A stretch of DNA of 63,914 bases, the filler included, from Octopus bimaculoides (Eukaryota), in NCBI RefSeq assembly GCF_001194135.2. It is 10 parts of 7 records of this genome, joined end to end, with 100 filler letters (N's around TTAATTAATTAA, not from the genome) between each part and the next. Parts side by side here need not be neighbours in the genome. Positions count along the whole stretch, not along the records: positions 13,192 to 24,594 come from NC_068985.1; positions 24,695 to 26,791 come from NW_026309156.1; positions 26,892 to 29,146 come from NC_068989.1; positions 29,247 to 47,730 come from NC_068983.1; 6 more parts are not named here. The stretch is one strand, 5' to 3'. The translations under genes and the position numbers were made by a program. Each line of letters begins with the position of its first letter. Position 1 is the first letter of the stretch. Positions 23,856 through 36,309 of the stretch are shown piece after piece. The notes beneath the pieces are model-generated. The model was not told the DNA's origin. It worked only from the letters and a program-made list of their open reading frames with translations, and made no database searches.

Positions 23856-24323
23856 TTGCATGTGTGTGTGTGTGTGTGTATGTGTGTGTGAGAGAGAGAA
23901 AGATAGAGAGAGAGAGAGAGGTGAGAGCATACAGCATTAGAACATGAAAATATACCACTAGAGTTTGAGAGTTACTACATGAAATGTGTTAAGGATCTGA
24001 TGTCATACTTAAGCTATTTAATAACTTGAAATTCTTTGGATACAACCCACTCCCAAATGACATAGCTAAGGACATTAGAAAGTTAAAAGTTGCTAAAAAT
24101 GTCATTGTATTTATTTTCTGATAAGATATGTACAAAGTTAATACTAATAAGTTTAATCAGCTAGTACTTAGCATCACTAATAAGTACCAGAAAATTACTG
24201 ATAAAACATATAACTCTACAAATAAATAAGCTAAGGTAATTGCAAAAAAAAAGAAAAAAATCCATATAGATAACAGAGATGAGTTCTTAGCTAAATGTGA
24301 AGCAACTATAACATTAAACAATC

Positions 24324-24589
24324 TGTTATATGGACTGTTAGATATGTAATTCGTCTGACGTTCCGTGTGTCATGTGGTTCGTCTGAGTTCATTGTTTCAT
24401 TGTTGTTGTCCTGTGGGACTGTCGTAGTAAAATGTCATTGATATATATATATGGCGGACATGACTTTTGTTTATTCATAACGAACATTGGGTGAGTGCGT
24501 TCTTTGTATGTAATTGAACAACAAATGTAATAATTAAACTGTATAACTCGTTATGTTATCTCTACGAGTCACCCGAGGGAAACATAACA
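24324..24589 (+). mobile_element. Solo LTR with 5-bp target-site duplication
   Basis: TGTTAT...ATAACA termini; CAATC at both 24319-24323 and 24590-24594. Confidence 0.85.
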
Positions 24590-24701
24590 CAATCNNNNNN
24601 NNNNNNNNNNNNNNNNNNNNNNNNNNNNNNNNNNNNNNTTAATTAATTAANNNNNNNNNNNNNNNNNNNNNNNNNNNNNNNNNNNNNNNNNNNNTATACA
24701 T

Positions 24702-24752
<51 letters not shown>

Positions 24753-25698
24753 TATACACACACACATATATATATATACACACACACAGATATATATATA
24801 TACACACATATATACACACACACATATATATACACACACATATATATAGACATATATATACACATACGCACATATATGTATATACACACACACACACACA
24901 CAATAGCGCATGGCTCAGTGGTTAGAGCATTCGCCTCTCAATGATGAGGGAACGAGTTCGATTCCCAGACCAAGCTGTTCTTGAGCGAGACACTTTATTT
25001 CACGTTGCTCAGGTACACTTTGCCTTTGCTTTATATGCATGGGCGAGGAACTTTCTAGGTGCAATTCCATGGTCGTTCATGACCAAAAGAGTCCTTTACC
25101 TCTTTATATACACACAAATACTAGATATATATACATATAATATACATACACACACCATATCGTAAGCCAGTTTTTTTTTGTTAGCGACCGATTTCAACTC
25201 TTATGAACATGAATAAAACTCAAAGAAAAATCATATAAATACGTATTTATTAACGTGATTTGGGGATAGGATAAAAATAGTTTTACATTAAATTGAAGGA
25301 GTACTCAATACATTCAATAGAGTATAGCTTTATTATTTTTAACACGAATAGTATTNNNNNNNNNNNNNNNNNNNNNNNNNNNNNNNNNNNNNNNNNNNNN
25401 NNNNNNNNNNNNNNNNNNNNNNNNNNNNNNNNNNNNNNNNNNNNNNNNNNNNNNNNNNNNNNNNNNNNNNNNNNNNNNNNNNNNNNNNNNNNNNNNNNNN
25501 NNNNNNNNNNNNNNNNNNNNNNNNNNNNNNNNNNNNNNNNNNNNNNNNNNNNNNNNNNNNNNNNNNNNNNNNNNNNNNNNNNNNNNNNNNNNNNNNNNNN
25601 NNNNNNNNNNNNNNNNNNNNNNNNNNNNNNNNNNNNNNNNNNNNNNNNNNNNNNNNNNNNNNNNNNNNNNNNNNNNNNNNNNNNNNNNNNNNNNNNNC

Positions 25699-26560
25699 TG
25701 TTGACGAAGAGGTGGGTGTTTCATTGTTTTGAAATTTTTGTTGAAACAATTTGTTACTTGTGGAAAAACTTTATTGGTCTGCTTTTTGAAAACTTTCTTC
25801 TTGTGTCTTGCCCCCGTGTGGGGAAGCTTGCATTATGGCAATCCCGAGTAAGAGGAAAGAAATGTCGAAAAGACATTCATAGAAACAAGTGAAGAAGAAG
25901 ACTATATCCCACCGAGACCTTCGACTTCAAGAAGAAATATTGAACGCCGGCAGAACAAACACCTTTACCAGAAGAAAAAGCAGGCGAGGGGTGGAACACA
26001 GTAACCCACAAGAGGAAAATAAATCCACCCTCCCCTGCAAAGGAAAAGAAAAAAAGAACAAGTGACGAAAGACAAATTAAAAAACCTAGAAAGAAAGAGG
26101 AAGAAAACTGCTACATGGCGGTTCGCAGTTCGAATCGAGATCTAGCGAACCGGCTGACAGTAATGCATGCTGGAAAAATAAACAACTCTGAAATTAAGAA
26201 CGGTTTTGACATCTTTAAGACTAATAGAAAAAACTATAAAATATTGGCTAACGAATTTCGTAAGGATGTAGGCCCTCCCAGATTGGACATTGCCGATAAT
26301 CTATACCACGCCCTGGTGAATGTTTTTACCTTTCACCTTAAAAGGAAGGTGGGGTTGGAAAGGAGGTGCTTGTTAGAGCGTGTGGCACGGATTTTGGGAG
26401 GGAAAGGCTCTGCGTGAATACGTCAGAAAGATTACCAAGGTGTCGGTATTATAGACAGGGCTCGTGGGGTCGGAGCTTACCTGTTTTTAATGCCTCATTG
26501 CGTTATTTTTGTATATGTAAATTTTTTTTTGTGTGTTCCATTGTAAATTTTTAAACCCAT
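25699..26560 (+). mobile_element. Internally deleted L1/Tx1-like element
   Basis: Lys/Arg/Glu-rich broken ORF1-like start, then VNVFTFHLKRKVGLERRCL resembling the Tx1 ORF2 C-terminus, followed by a T-rich 3' UTR. Confidence 0.5.
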
Positions 26561-26624
26561 ACGATTGTATATGACCCCGTTCATATTGTGTTGTCCCCCC
26601 TTCTTTGTGCGCCTGTATGGGCAA

Positions 26625-26755
26625 TAATAAAACCAAACATCCTTGAAGGTTTCATCGGAATCCATCCAGCGGTTCTTGAAATATCTTGTCCACGGACAAA
26701 CAAACAAACACAACTGAAAACAATACCCCCGCCTTCACCAAGGCGGAGGTAACAA
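26625..26755 (+). mobile_element. Helentron-associated (HINE/DINE-1-like) 3' end
   Basis: (ACAA)n microsatellite followed by hairpin ccgcctt-cacc-aaggcgg (26729-26746) and aggtaa. Confidence 0.6.
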
Positions 26756-27656
26756 TGAACTTATTGTATACAGGGCTCAGATATCCTAGAANNNNNNNNN
26801 NNNNNNNNNNNNNNNNNNNNNNNNNNNNNNNNNNNTTAATTAATTAANNNNNNNNNNNNNNNNNNNNNNNNNNNNNNNNNNNNNNNNNNNNTATATATAT
26901 TTAGAAGCAAAAAGGATATCCAAAGTTAATGCAGTACGATCATTTCATGCGACTCCATTTATTTATGTGAACATTACATTAAACGTAAAATGCAGAGCAA
27001 TCCTCAGCTGCACAAAGATATAGAAATTTACTGAAATTTCATTTCAACAGAAGGACATATTGTTGTAACTACATTTAAACTCTCCAAGTGGAAAGGAAGA
27101 ATACAAAAAAAACATTTTGACTTAGCCAGACCATACAGGCTAGTGAGTGTGAGAGAGAGAGGCTGAGTGAAGATGTGTGTTGTCATGTATGTATTTTTGC
27201 ATGTATGTGTAAGTGGCACTCACTATCTCTCTCACACACACGCACACATCTTTCATGTACACGCCCATACATAAATACATATGCATACATATATTTTGCA
27301 TGTATGTGTGCGAGTGCATGAGAGAGAAAGAGAAAGAGAGAGACAGTGAGTGCCACTCAAACATACAAAACAATATGCCTTCTCTCACTCACTCCCTCTC
27401 TCTCTCTCTGTCTCACTTCCATCTTTCACTTTCTCCTCTCTCTTGAAAGCAAATGTCGGCTTATCACTTTCTCCTCTCTTTCAATTTTTTCTCTTGAAAT
27501 AACGAAAGAATACTATAGAGGGTGAGTAATAATAGGAGGCTTAAGAGGGATGGTCGGGAGAGGGGAAGGGGAGGTTGGAAGCGTAGGGAGAGAGGTTTTT
27601 CAACCGCTTCCTCTTTCCCCGATGGTATAATTGAGAAGGGAGTATGTAATTTTAGA

Positions 27657-27985
27657 TATCAGCATACAATATTTTAAAATCTATATCCAAGTATATTTAC
27701 TCACATCTAATTTAAAATAGAAATATCCAGTGTTAAATAAGTCAAGTTGCTCCAAGAATATTAAAAATAGGTAATGTAAGTTATCAGCATATAATATTTC
27801 TAAGTCCATATCCAAGGCTAAATACTCACATCGGATTTAAATATGAAATATCAAGTGTTAATAAAGCAAGTTGTTCCAAAAATATCTAAAATATGTTTTG
27901 GAAGATTATCAAGATCTAACATTTTCTAATTCCTATCCAAGTAGAAATAGTCACATCGGATTGAAACAGGAAATATCGAGTGTAC
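27657..27985. repeat. Diverged ~125 bp tandem repeat, about 2.6 copies
   Basis: Units start tatcagcat/tatcaagat at 27657, 27782 and 27908 and share tatccaag, tcacatc and gaaatatc..gtgt blocks. Confidence 0.85.
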
Positions 27986-28599
27986 TCTAGTTAATTTTAT
28001 TAGGTTCATTCCACCAACAATTATTTGAATAATTTTTTTTCGATATCTGTAATTTATGTCACGGGAATATTGAAATTTAAGATTCATTATGTTTATCGAA
28101 TAAATTGAAAGATATCTTACAGAGTATACTGCCTAAAGGACCGAATGAATGAATGACTTATATCAATGTAATAATAGTTTTCACCGGGTGTGCGTCTGTA
28201 TGAAGAGCTTTCGTTATTTAGAAACCTGTTTCTTTCTGTTCTGAAAATTACATATGTTGTGTGTAACATCGAATTTTAAGTTTTACATTATAGTCAGTAC
28301 ACAGAAATTTTGTTTAGAAAAGTACTTGCTGTCAATTCAGTGCATTAATCCCAGCATTCTTTGGTAACAACATATTCTCTCTGCTAATTAAATATTGAAA
28401 AAGAGAGAAAATGCCACCTCTCTTTTGAAAGAGAAATGAATTTTGGCGGTAAGGACTAAACACCGGGTTTCATTGGCGGACCTGGATCACTGTCACCCCA
28501 CCCCCTGCCACTAAACTGACCGTATCGATTTTTTTCTCACCGGATTCCTATGTTTTCCATGATGGAGATTCCGAATATGCAAGCAACCACGTTTTCATA

Positions 28600-29146
28600 A
28601 TTTTTAATTTAATTCCCACCCCCAAGTTGTTAATTTTTAACATTTTTTCGAATCTATTTTTCAATCTACGTGGGAAAACACAGAGATTAAGAATATGGGC
28701 GGTGGGGGCGGGGAAACAAATTTTAATTTCAGATTTTTTATGAAAATCTCCAAAAGTGATCCACACCCCATCCCGCTGTCTAAAAGTGAAATTGAACGGC
28801 TGTTTTGTCTGTTTTCGTATGCGTAGATTTATAGTGAAACAGCAAAAGTACCACGGCATGTGAAGCCTTCACCACGAAACTCGATATGCTAAAAATAACA
28901 GCTAAATGTCCGGAACATTTTGTGCTTGTGGGAGCACAAATTTCTCCGGACATTTAGCTGTTAATTTTAGCAGTTCATTTTCAGTTTTAGACAACGGGAT
29001 GCGGGAGTTCACAGAAAATTTGAAATGAAAATTTTTTTTCTATACTCTTAACATCCGTATTTTCCCAAGTAGATTGATTAAAAAAAAATATTTGAAAAAT
29101 AGCTAAAAATTAAAAATTTGGGGTGGGGGTGGGGGGAATTAAAGAT
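28600..29146. mobile_element. Large imperfect foldback element
   Basis: Core tgctaaaaataacagctaaatgtccgga (28887) pairs with tccggacatttagctgttaattttagca (ending 28972). Outer blocks also mirror each other. Confidence 0.75.
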
Positions 29147-29447
29147 NNNNNNNNNNNNNNNNNNNNNNNNNNNNNNNNNNNNNNNNNNNNTTAATTAATT
29201 AANNNNNNNNNNNNNNNNNNNNNNNNNNNNNNNNNNNNNNNNNNNNCAAATCAGACTGGAGCCTGGTGTTGCCATCCGGTTTCACCAGTCCTCAGTCAAA
29301 TCGTCCAACCCATGCTAGCATGGAAAGCGGACGTTAAACGATGATGATGATGATGATGATGTATGTGTGTGTGTATGTGTTTGTGTGTCTTTGTCCCCAC
29401 CCCAACTTCGCTTGACAACCGATGCTGGTGTGTTTACGTCCCCGTAA

Positions 29448-30226
29448 GCTCGCAAGGAATGAAGCCAGTATGCTCCGTTGGATGTGTAATGTCAATGTGA
29501 ATACCCGTCAGAGTGTAAGTATCTTGAGAGAAAAGCTGAACATTAGAAGCATCAGTTGTGGCGTGCAAGAGAGACGATTGCGCTGGTATGGACATGTGGT
29601 GAGAATGGAGGAGGATAGCTGCGTGAAAAAGTGCCACACCCTAACAGTTGAGGGAACCCGTGGAAGAGGTAGGCCCAGGAAGACCTGGGCTGAGGTGGTG
29701 AGGCAAGACCTTCGTACATTGGGCCTCACCGAGGCGATGACNNNNNNNNNNNNNNNNNNNNNNNNNNNNNNNNNNNNNNNNNNNNNNNNNNNNNNNNNNN
29801 NNNNNNNNNNNNNNNNNNNNNNNNNNNNNNNNNNNNNNNNNNNNNNNNNNNNNNNNNNNNNNNNNNNNNNNNNNNNNNNNNNNNNNNNNNNNNNNNNNNN
29901 NNNNNNNNNNNNNNNNNNNNNNNNNNNNNNNNNNNNNNNNNNNNNNNNNNNNNNNNNNNNNNNNNNNNNNNNNNNNNNNNNNNNNNNNNNNNNNNNNNNN
30001 NNNNNNNNNNNNNNNNNNNNNNNNNNNNNNNNNNNNNNNNNNNNNNNNNNNNNNNNNNNNNNNNNNNNNNNNNNNNNNNNNNNNNNNNNNNNNNNNNTGT
30101 AGAAACTCTGCCAAATCAGACTGGAGCCTGGTGTTGCCATCCGGTTTCACCAGTCCTCAGTCAAATCGTCCAACCCATGCTAGCATGGAAAGCGGACGTT
30201 AAACGATGATGATGATGATGATGATG
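29448..30226 (+). mobile_element. 5'-truncated RTE LINE 3' end (gap inside)
   Basis: RNEASMLRWMCNV...ERRLRWYGHVVRMEEDSCVKKC...GRGRPRKTW, then the RTE 3' UTR and a (GAT)n tail. Confidence 0.9.
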
Positions 30227-30680
30227 TATGTGTGTGTGTATGTGTTTGTGTGTCTTTGTCCCCACCCCAACTTCGCTTGACAACCGATGCTGGTGTGTTT
30301 ACGTCCCCGTAACTTAACGGTTCGGCAAAAGAGACCGATAGAATAGGTACCAGGCTCACAAAGAATAAGTCCTGGGGTCGATTTGCTCGACTAAAGGCGG
30401 TGCTCCAGCATGGCCACAGTCAAATGACCGAAACATGTAAAAGAGTAAAAGAGAGAGTATGTAAGACCCTACCATATCTCCACTTGCACACACATCTATT
30501 CTCTGTTTCTCATATATCTATGTATCTCAATTGAGCTCCATTCTCTCCAGTTTGTAAGTTACAATAAATAAAGTGGGTATTCTTTTTCTTTCTTCAAAAT
30601 CAATCAGAGTTTAATAACAACACTTCACCGGGTGGAAACGAAACAACTGTTACAAGTTTCTACCAACTTGACAAGCTTAC

Positions 30681-30842
30681 CAGTACAGCTTATTTTCTCT
30701 TGTTTCCAGATACCGTCTTTGCACGAAATTTCGTACTCATCAATTTCTCCTTGATAGCCTTCTAAGCAAGTTACTTTAGCAACACCAGGTTTTTTAAGTT
30801 CGACTTCAGCATTGGTGATATTTGGTAAGATGGTGCAAAGGT
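30681..30842 (-). CDS. Sushi/CCP domain exon 3
   Basis: CATATCAG|(D)LCTILPNITNAEVELKKPGVAKVTCLEGYQGEIDEYEISCKDGIWKQEKISCT(G)|GTAAGC; 162 nt, phase 1-1. Four Cys with the C..GY and C...W...C pattern. Confidence 0.85.
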
Positions 30843-31029
30843 CTGATATGAGAAATAATAAAGTAAAAAGAAAAAAAAAAACAATCCTACAAAAAAAAAA
30901 GAAAAAAAAAAGAAACAAACACCCAAAGAAAACAATTTGAAATCATTAGAAATTGATATGGTATTTTCAATGATGATGATAAAGATGGTGATGATGATGG
31001 TGGTGACGAAGATGACGATGGTGGTGGTA

Positions 31030-31070
<41 letters not shown>

Positions 31071-32451
31071 ATTTTATCGTTTGGTTTTAGATCAGCTCTG
31101 ATCAAGTAGGTTTATGTTTTAAGGGTGTTCCAGGTGTGACTATACGATTTCAGAACTACATCACCATGGATACACATCTTCCTTTTCCTTAAAATTGGTA
31201 GCGTGTTATTGAAAAGTGATTTGACTGCTATATCTGGTGGGCTAGACGAGTACATAGAGGTCACTTCTGGTGATGACAATAATGAGAAGGAGGAGGAGAA
31301 GGAAAAGGAAGAGAGGGATGATGAAGACCCATTCTTATTCATATCAGCATCTTTGTCATTAACCCTGTACCTCCTCCACTTAATCTCCTGATATTAACAG
31401 ATTGATATGCCCAATGTCATAACATCTCTTCATCTTCTCTAGACAGAAGGCTCAAATAATTGAGCCATTGTGGCTTACCAACCATGTCTGTCCTCTGCCA
31501 GTCTGCACAGTTCCACAAAACTTATTTGATGTTATCGTTGAACCTGGTTTTAGGTCTTTTTATTGTTTTGCCATATGCCACACCTGTTAATAGGAACTTG
31601 TTAAGGTCTTGTCTTCTATGTATATGGCCAGTAAGGTCCATTTTCTTTAAATGATAGAATGTAACAGTTTTCCCTGGCACTTCATTTTGTGAAGATCCAC
31701 TCATTAGTTCTTTTATCCATCCAGCTATTGTTCAAATGCTTTAATTTTCCTTTTATCAATTTTCTTTATAATCCAACATTCTCCATAGGCAGCTATGCTA
31801 AATAGCTATGAATTGAGGAGCCATTTTCTTTGTTTGCAAGGGAATGGCCATTACATCTCTACTGCAACACTAATGCAGCTAAACAAACACTATCATCACC
31901 ATACACCACAACGATCTCAGCTTCCCATCTTCACAACTTCACAGTCACCTGACCAAGCATCAGTTCTCCCACAGCCACTGCAACACTCTCCTCTCACTTC
32001 CACATCTTTGCATCCACCCTAACGTCATTAAGACAACCACTTCCAGCTATATAAAGTCTCTATCCTCAGCCATTTCCCCCACATTGTCATCATCCCTCTC
32101 TGTGCTAATTCTTCCTTTGATCACCATTCTCTGCCCTAGTGAAGTTGTGCTTGATAAGGATCAACCTAATGTTATTGTTATTTGAGCCCTGGATTTGCTC
32201 TGATCGAACAAGCCAATGATAATTGATATTCCAACAGTAACTTCCCCTCTTTATTTATTTATTGTTCAATGTTATATTATTATTTAAGATGGCTGGATGT
32301 AAGTCAAAGGAATTCACCTGCTATTTCTAGCTGGTCTAATGACTACACAAAGGATCCTTAAGTAGCTTATGTAGCGCCAATTCAGCTCTATAGCACGTAT
32401 ATAGTCAACTTAATTACTAAGGTATGACCTTTACATGTATTGCTTTGGGTA

Positions 32452-33390
32452 TACAGGGTGCGTCAGTTTTTTGAGGACATTTCTTTCAAGACTTCTTAGT
32501 TTTTGTACCTTACTTTTCAGATAAATAATGTCAGACATGAGGTTGACTCAGTAAATGAAAAGGCGCGTTGTAATCATTGCCTTAAAAGCACAGCATAGTG
32601 AAACAAAAATAGTTTGCTTCCTGAAAGTTGCTAATTCTTCATTGTCGAAGTTCGAAAGATCTGGAAGTTGCTAACAGGGATCCAACATCAGCAGCTAAAT
32701 GCAAAATGCATGCAGTGTCCTAATACCATTTGAACACATAACTTTGTACCAAAAGTCTAAAAAATAATCGATAAAAACCTCAGAAAGTAAATCAGAGCTA
32801 TTGCAAAGGGTCTCAAGGTTTTGGAATGCATCATCAGAAGAGCTGTGCATGAGGACATCGAGTACAAGCTGTATCTGATGCAGAGGGGTGAGTTTATATC
32901 TTGAATGTGACAAGAGAGAATTGTTCGATCCATGCAAAGGGTTTGCTAAACAATTTAAAATATCAAGAGGCTGCAATGCCTTGGTTTTCCTCTGATGAGA
33001 AAAACTTTGATCAGGACCAAAAGGTAAACTGAAGAAAGAACAAAGAGTTATGGAGAGATCCAAATGAGGTTCCAATAGTCATACATACTAAGTTCTGAGC
33101 AACTGTTATGGGCTTGGCAGTCATCAACAAGAAGGGAGATATCATGCTTCCTTACTTTTTTTTCACAAGTCAATGTTGTTGTCTATACAGAGGTATTGGA
33201 AAGTTACGAGTCTCTGGATAGACAGAATATGCAACGGAAGATTGTACGTCTTCCAACAAAACTCTGTGCTGTCTCATAAGATTGGAACAATCCAACAGTG
33301 GATATGTACCGATTTCCATGATCATGTTCTCCCAGACATAACCTCCTGGCTCACCAGACCTCAATCCACTGGACATTTATGTATGAGGAG
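32452..33390 (+). mobile_element. Degenerate DD37D-like Tc1/mariner element
   Basis: tacagggtg end. Broken translation includes FSSDEKNF..DQK.N and YVFQQNS..SH...PPGSPDLNPLDIYV. Confidence 0.65.
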
Positions 33391-33442
33391 TAGGGGGGAG
33401 AGAAAGAAAGAGGGAGAGAAAGAGAGAGAGAAAGAAAGAGAC

Positions 33443-33475
<33 letters not shown>

Positions 33476-33480
33476 AAGTG

Positions 33481-33587
<107 letters not shown>

Positions 33588-33939
33588 TGAATTAACACCC
33601 CCATAACACCGTACAATCTCTCAAGTCCGAAATAACCTGCACTATGTCCAAAATTATGAAAGATCATCTGACCCCATATTAAAGTTTCTATTAATGCTAA
33701 CGGTGGATTTATTGAATAGGGGAGATAAAAGGATTCTCAAGATTAATTGTACCAATTTTCAAATACAGATTTTCTTTTCTCTTTGATGAGTTATTCCTCT
33801 TTTTCTGAATTCATAAAAATGACTTCAAAGTACTGACACACCCTGTATTTTGACCCATCTTCCTGGTGACCATATTGCACATTTCGCCATGCGAGAATGT
33901 ATGAATAAAATCGATAAGTTTGAATTTGATTTGAATTAC

Positions 33940-34107
33940 CTGTGCAGTTTATTTCAGATTGTGTCCATGTTTTATTCTGGCAGGTGACAATCTCTACTTC
34001 TTTAGTTCCCTTGTAACCTTCCTGGCAACTTACTTCCAGAGTGCCCGGTTGCAGGTGTGTCACATTTACATGTGCTATAGTTGGTTCTTTCCCGCAGGGA
34101 CTAAGAG
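33940..34107 (-). CDS. Sushi/CCP domain exon 2
   Basis: CTCATTCCAG|(A)LSPCGKEPTIAHVNVTHLQPGTLEVSCQEGYKGTKEVEIVTCQNKTWTQSEINCT(G)|GTAATT; 168 nt, phase 1-1. Confidence 0.87.
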
Positions 34108-35191
34108 CTGGAATGAGAAGAGGGATATTTTTGGTTTGACTGCCAGCATTTCCAAAAATTAAAGTTTACCAAAAATTTTAAAACTTGGCACACTAATGCA
34201 CTTGCCCAAATTGAATTGTTGGAGTTATTTCATTTTTTTCCAGAAAAATGTTTTTAAAAAGTTATAGAGGTTTAAAGTTTGATTATTTTCACCCTGTCAG
34301 GAAACAGGATTTAGAAGCTGTCATTTTGTGCATGACTGCACATTTTGTCATCAACATCCTGAAAATAGCACGTGTTGTCAATATTTTTAAACACGTGTTA
34401 TATCTCCGGTAATTTTCTTTCATGTAAATAAATCTTATTTAGCTGTTATTTTTAGCACACCCCACAACCACCAGCATTTAATGCAAATGCGATAAACAAC
34501 TTATTGCATGTGATAAACACATTATAATTTTTAACAGAGAGATTTGGAAAAATTAGATGAAAGTTCTCTGGTAATTTTCTTTCATGTAAATAAATGTTTA
34601 TGTCAATTTGAAAATTTGCCAGCAAAATCTTATAAAATGATAATGTTCCAAAAGATGTACATGTTTATATGTTATATATGAAATTAAGAGTGAACAAAAT
34701 ATGCTTAAAAAACAAACATTTAAGCATGCAATAAGCAACACATTAACACACGTGCTTCTTCGCAGACTTTTTAAAGACTGCTACTATGGCAATAAGCAAA
34801 AGAGTTCTCATGTTCCGCTTGTTACTATCAAAACTGACATGAATGTGTCTGTGGCTTACGACTGGCTAAAATTACCCAAACTTTCAAACCTTAATTGCTA
34901 ATAACTCTTTAGTTATTGATTTATAGTGAAAATTACATTCACGTTATTAAATAGCCTATAAAAATGTATCGTTACACTGAATATAAAATCAATTCGAACA
35001 GAAAATTGATGCTGGCAGACGCTGGCAGCCAAACAAAAGATCCGAGAAGAGATATCTTTTTACAATACATAAATTATGACAGCAGATGATTAACTTGGAC
35101 ATCTACTGTTTGTATGCACGTACATATATATGTATAGCATAGATGCGGTTTTAATTTCACTCTCACTTTATTATATATACGTGCATTCGAA

Positions 35192-35900
35192 TGTAGCAGG
35201 GAACAGCTATCCTTTGGTCGTTATTTGGATCCTGTTGTGTCCACTACTCTGATTGGTTGGTATTGGCGCAATTTGTCTCTTACTCGATTGCACCAACTGC
35301 CACGTATAAATACAGTCACATAAGACAGCCTATTCTCAACCCAGTTTTTGAACCTACAGCTCCTTATAAAAATCACCTTTTTCTCCTTTCGAAGTCTTTT
35401 GGTTCCAGACCTTTTCAGGTCTAGCCACTGACTACACAAGACACAACCAATTCTAGTGACAACTCCAGACAACACCACTCCACAACAGCTACGTTGAGAC
35501 TTACCAACTTCGTCCAACAGCATTACGGCAACCTTCGTCTTCGTCGCCACCATCATGTCCTTAACATCGTCAACATAATCTCTCTACGTACACAGTTCAG
35601 CAAGCAACTCGTCAAGGTTCAAACACTTCACTGTTTGTGAATTACTTCACCATGAATCAACAGCAAATATACAACCTGCAAGAACTCCTGTACCAAGTGA
35701 CCCAGGCAGCAACATCACAGCCACGACTTCACGTACGACATGCACTTGCAACCAGCTCAGCATTATAGCTGCGACTTCTGGATACAGTATTTCAACTACT
35801 GTGTACAACTAACTACAAACTGGCATTCTCTTTCTTGTGGCTATGAACTTCTCATTTCGATGTCTATAGACTCTTTCACTGTCTTCTTCATTACCATTCT
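35192..35900 (+). mobile_element. Possible LTR-like/unclassified repeat
   Basis: Starts TGTAGC and contains a reversed CCAAT (gattgg) and TATAAATA. The 3' boundary is obscured by a SINE and no TSD was found. Confidence 0.3.
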
Positions 35901-36309
35901 TATATGTTCTTGGCAGAATCGTTAGCACGCCAGGCGAAATGATTAGCAGTATTTTGTCTGCCATTACATTCTGAGCTCAAATTCCGCCGAGGTCGACTTT
36001 GCCTTTCATCCTTTCGGGGTCGATTAAGTAAGTACTAGTAACGCACTGGGGTCGATGCAATCGACTTAATCCCTTTGTCTGTCCTTCTCTGTCCCCTCTG
36101 TTTGGCTCCCTGTGGGCAATAAAGAAATATATATGTTCTTTGCACGCGCACACATCTATGCTTACACGCACACACATTTGTTCTCATGACGGCCTGTCTA
36201 TTATTCTGTATACATGACACACACACAGACACATTCTACACGGATGTGTCTCCTTTTTCCTTCTGGCACTTATATGTACCATTCAATGTATACATTTATT
36301 GTAAGGCCT

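Noticed and set aside
29247-30312. Identical ~200-bp block at 29247-29447 and 30112-30312
   Set aside because: 100% identical and each copy abuts a gap; most likely an assembly duplication, although a very recent tandem duplication cannot be excluded without long reads.
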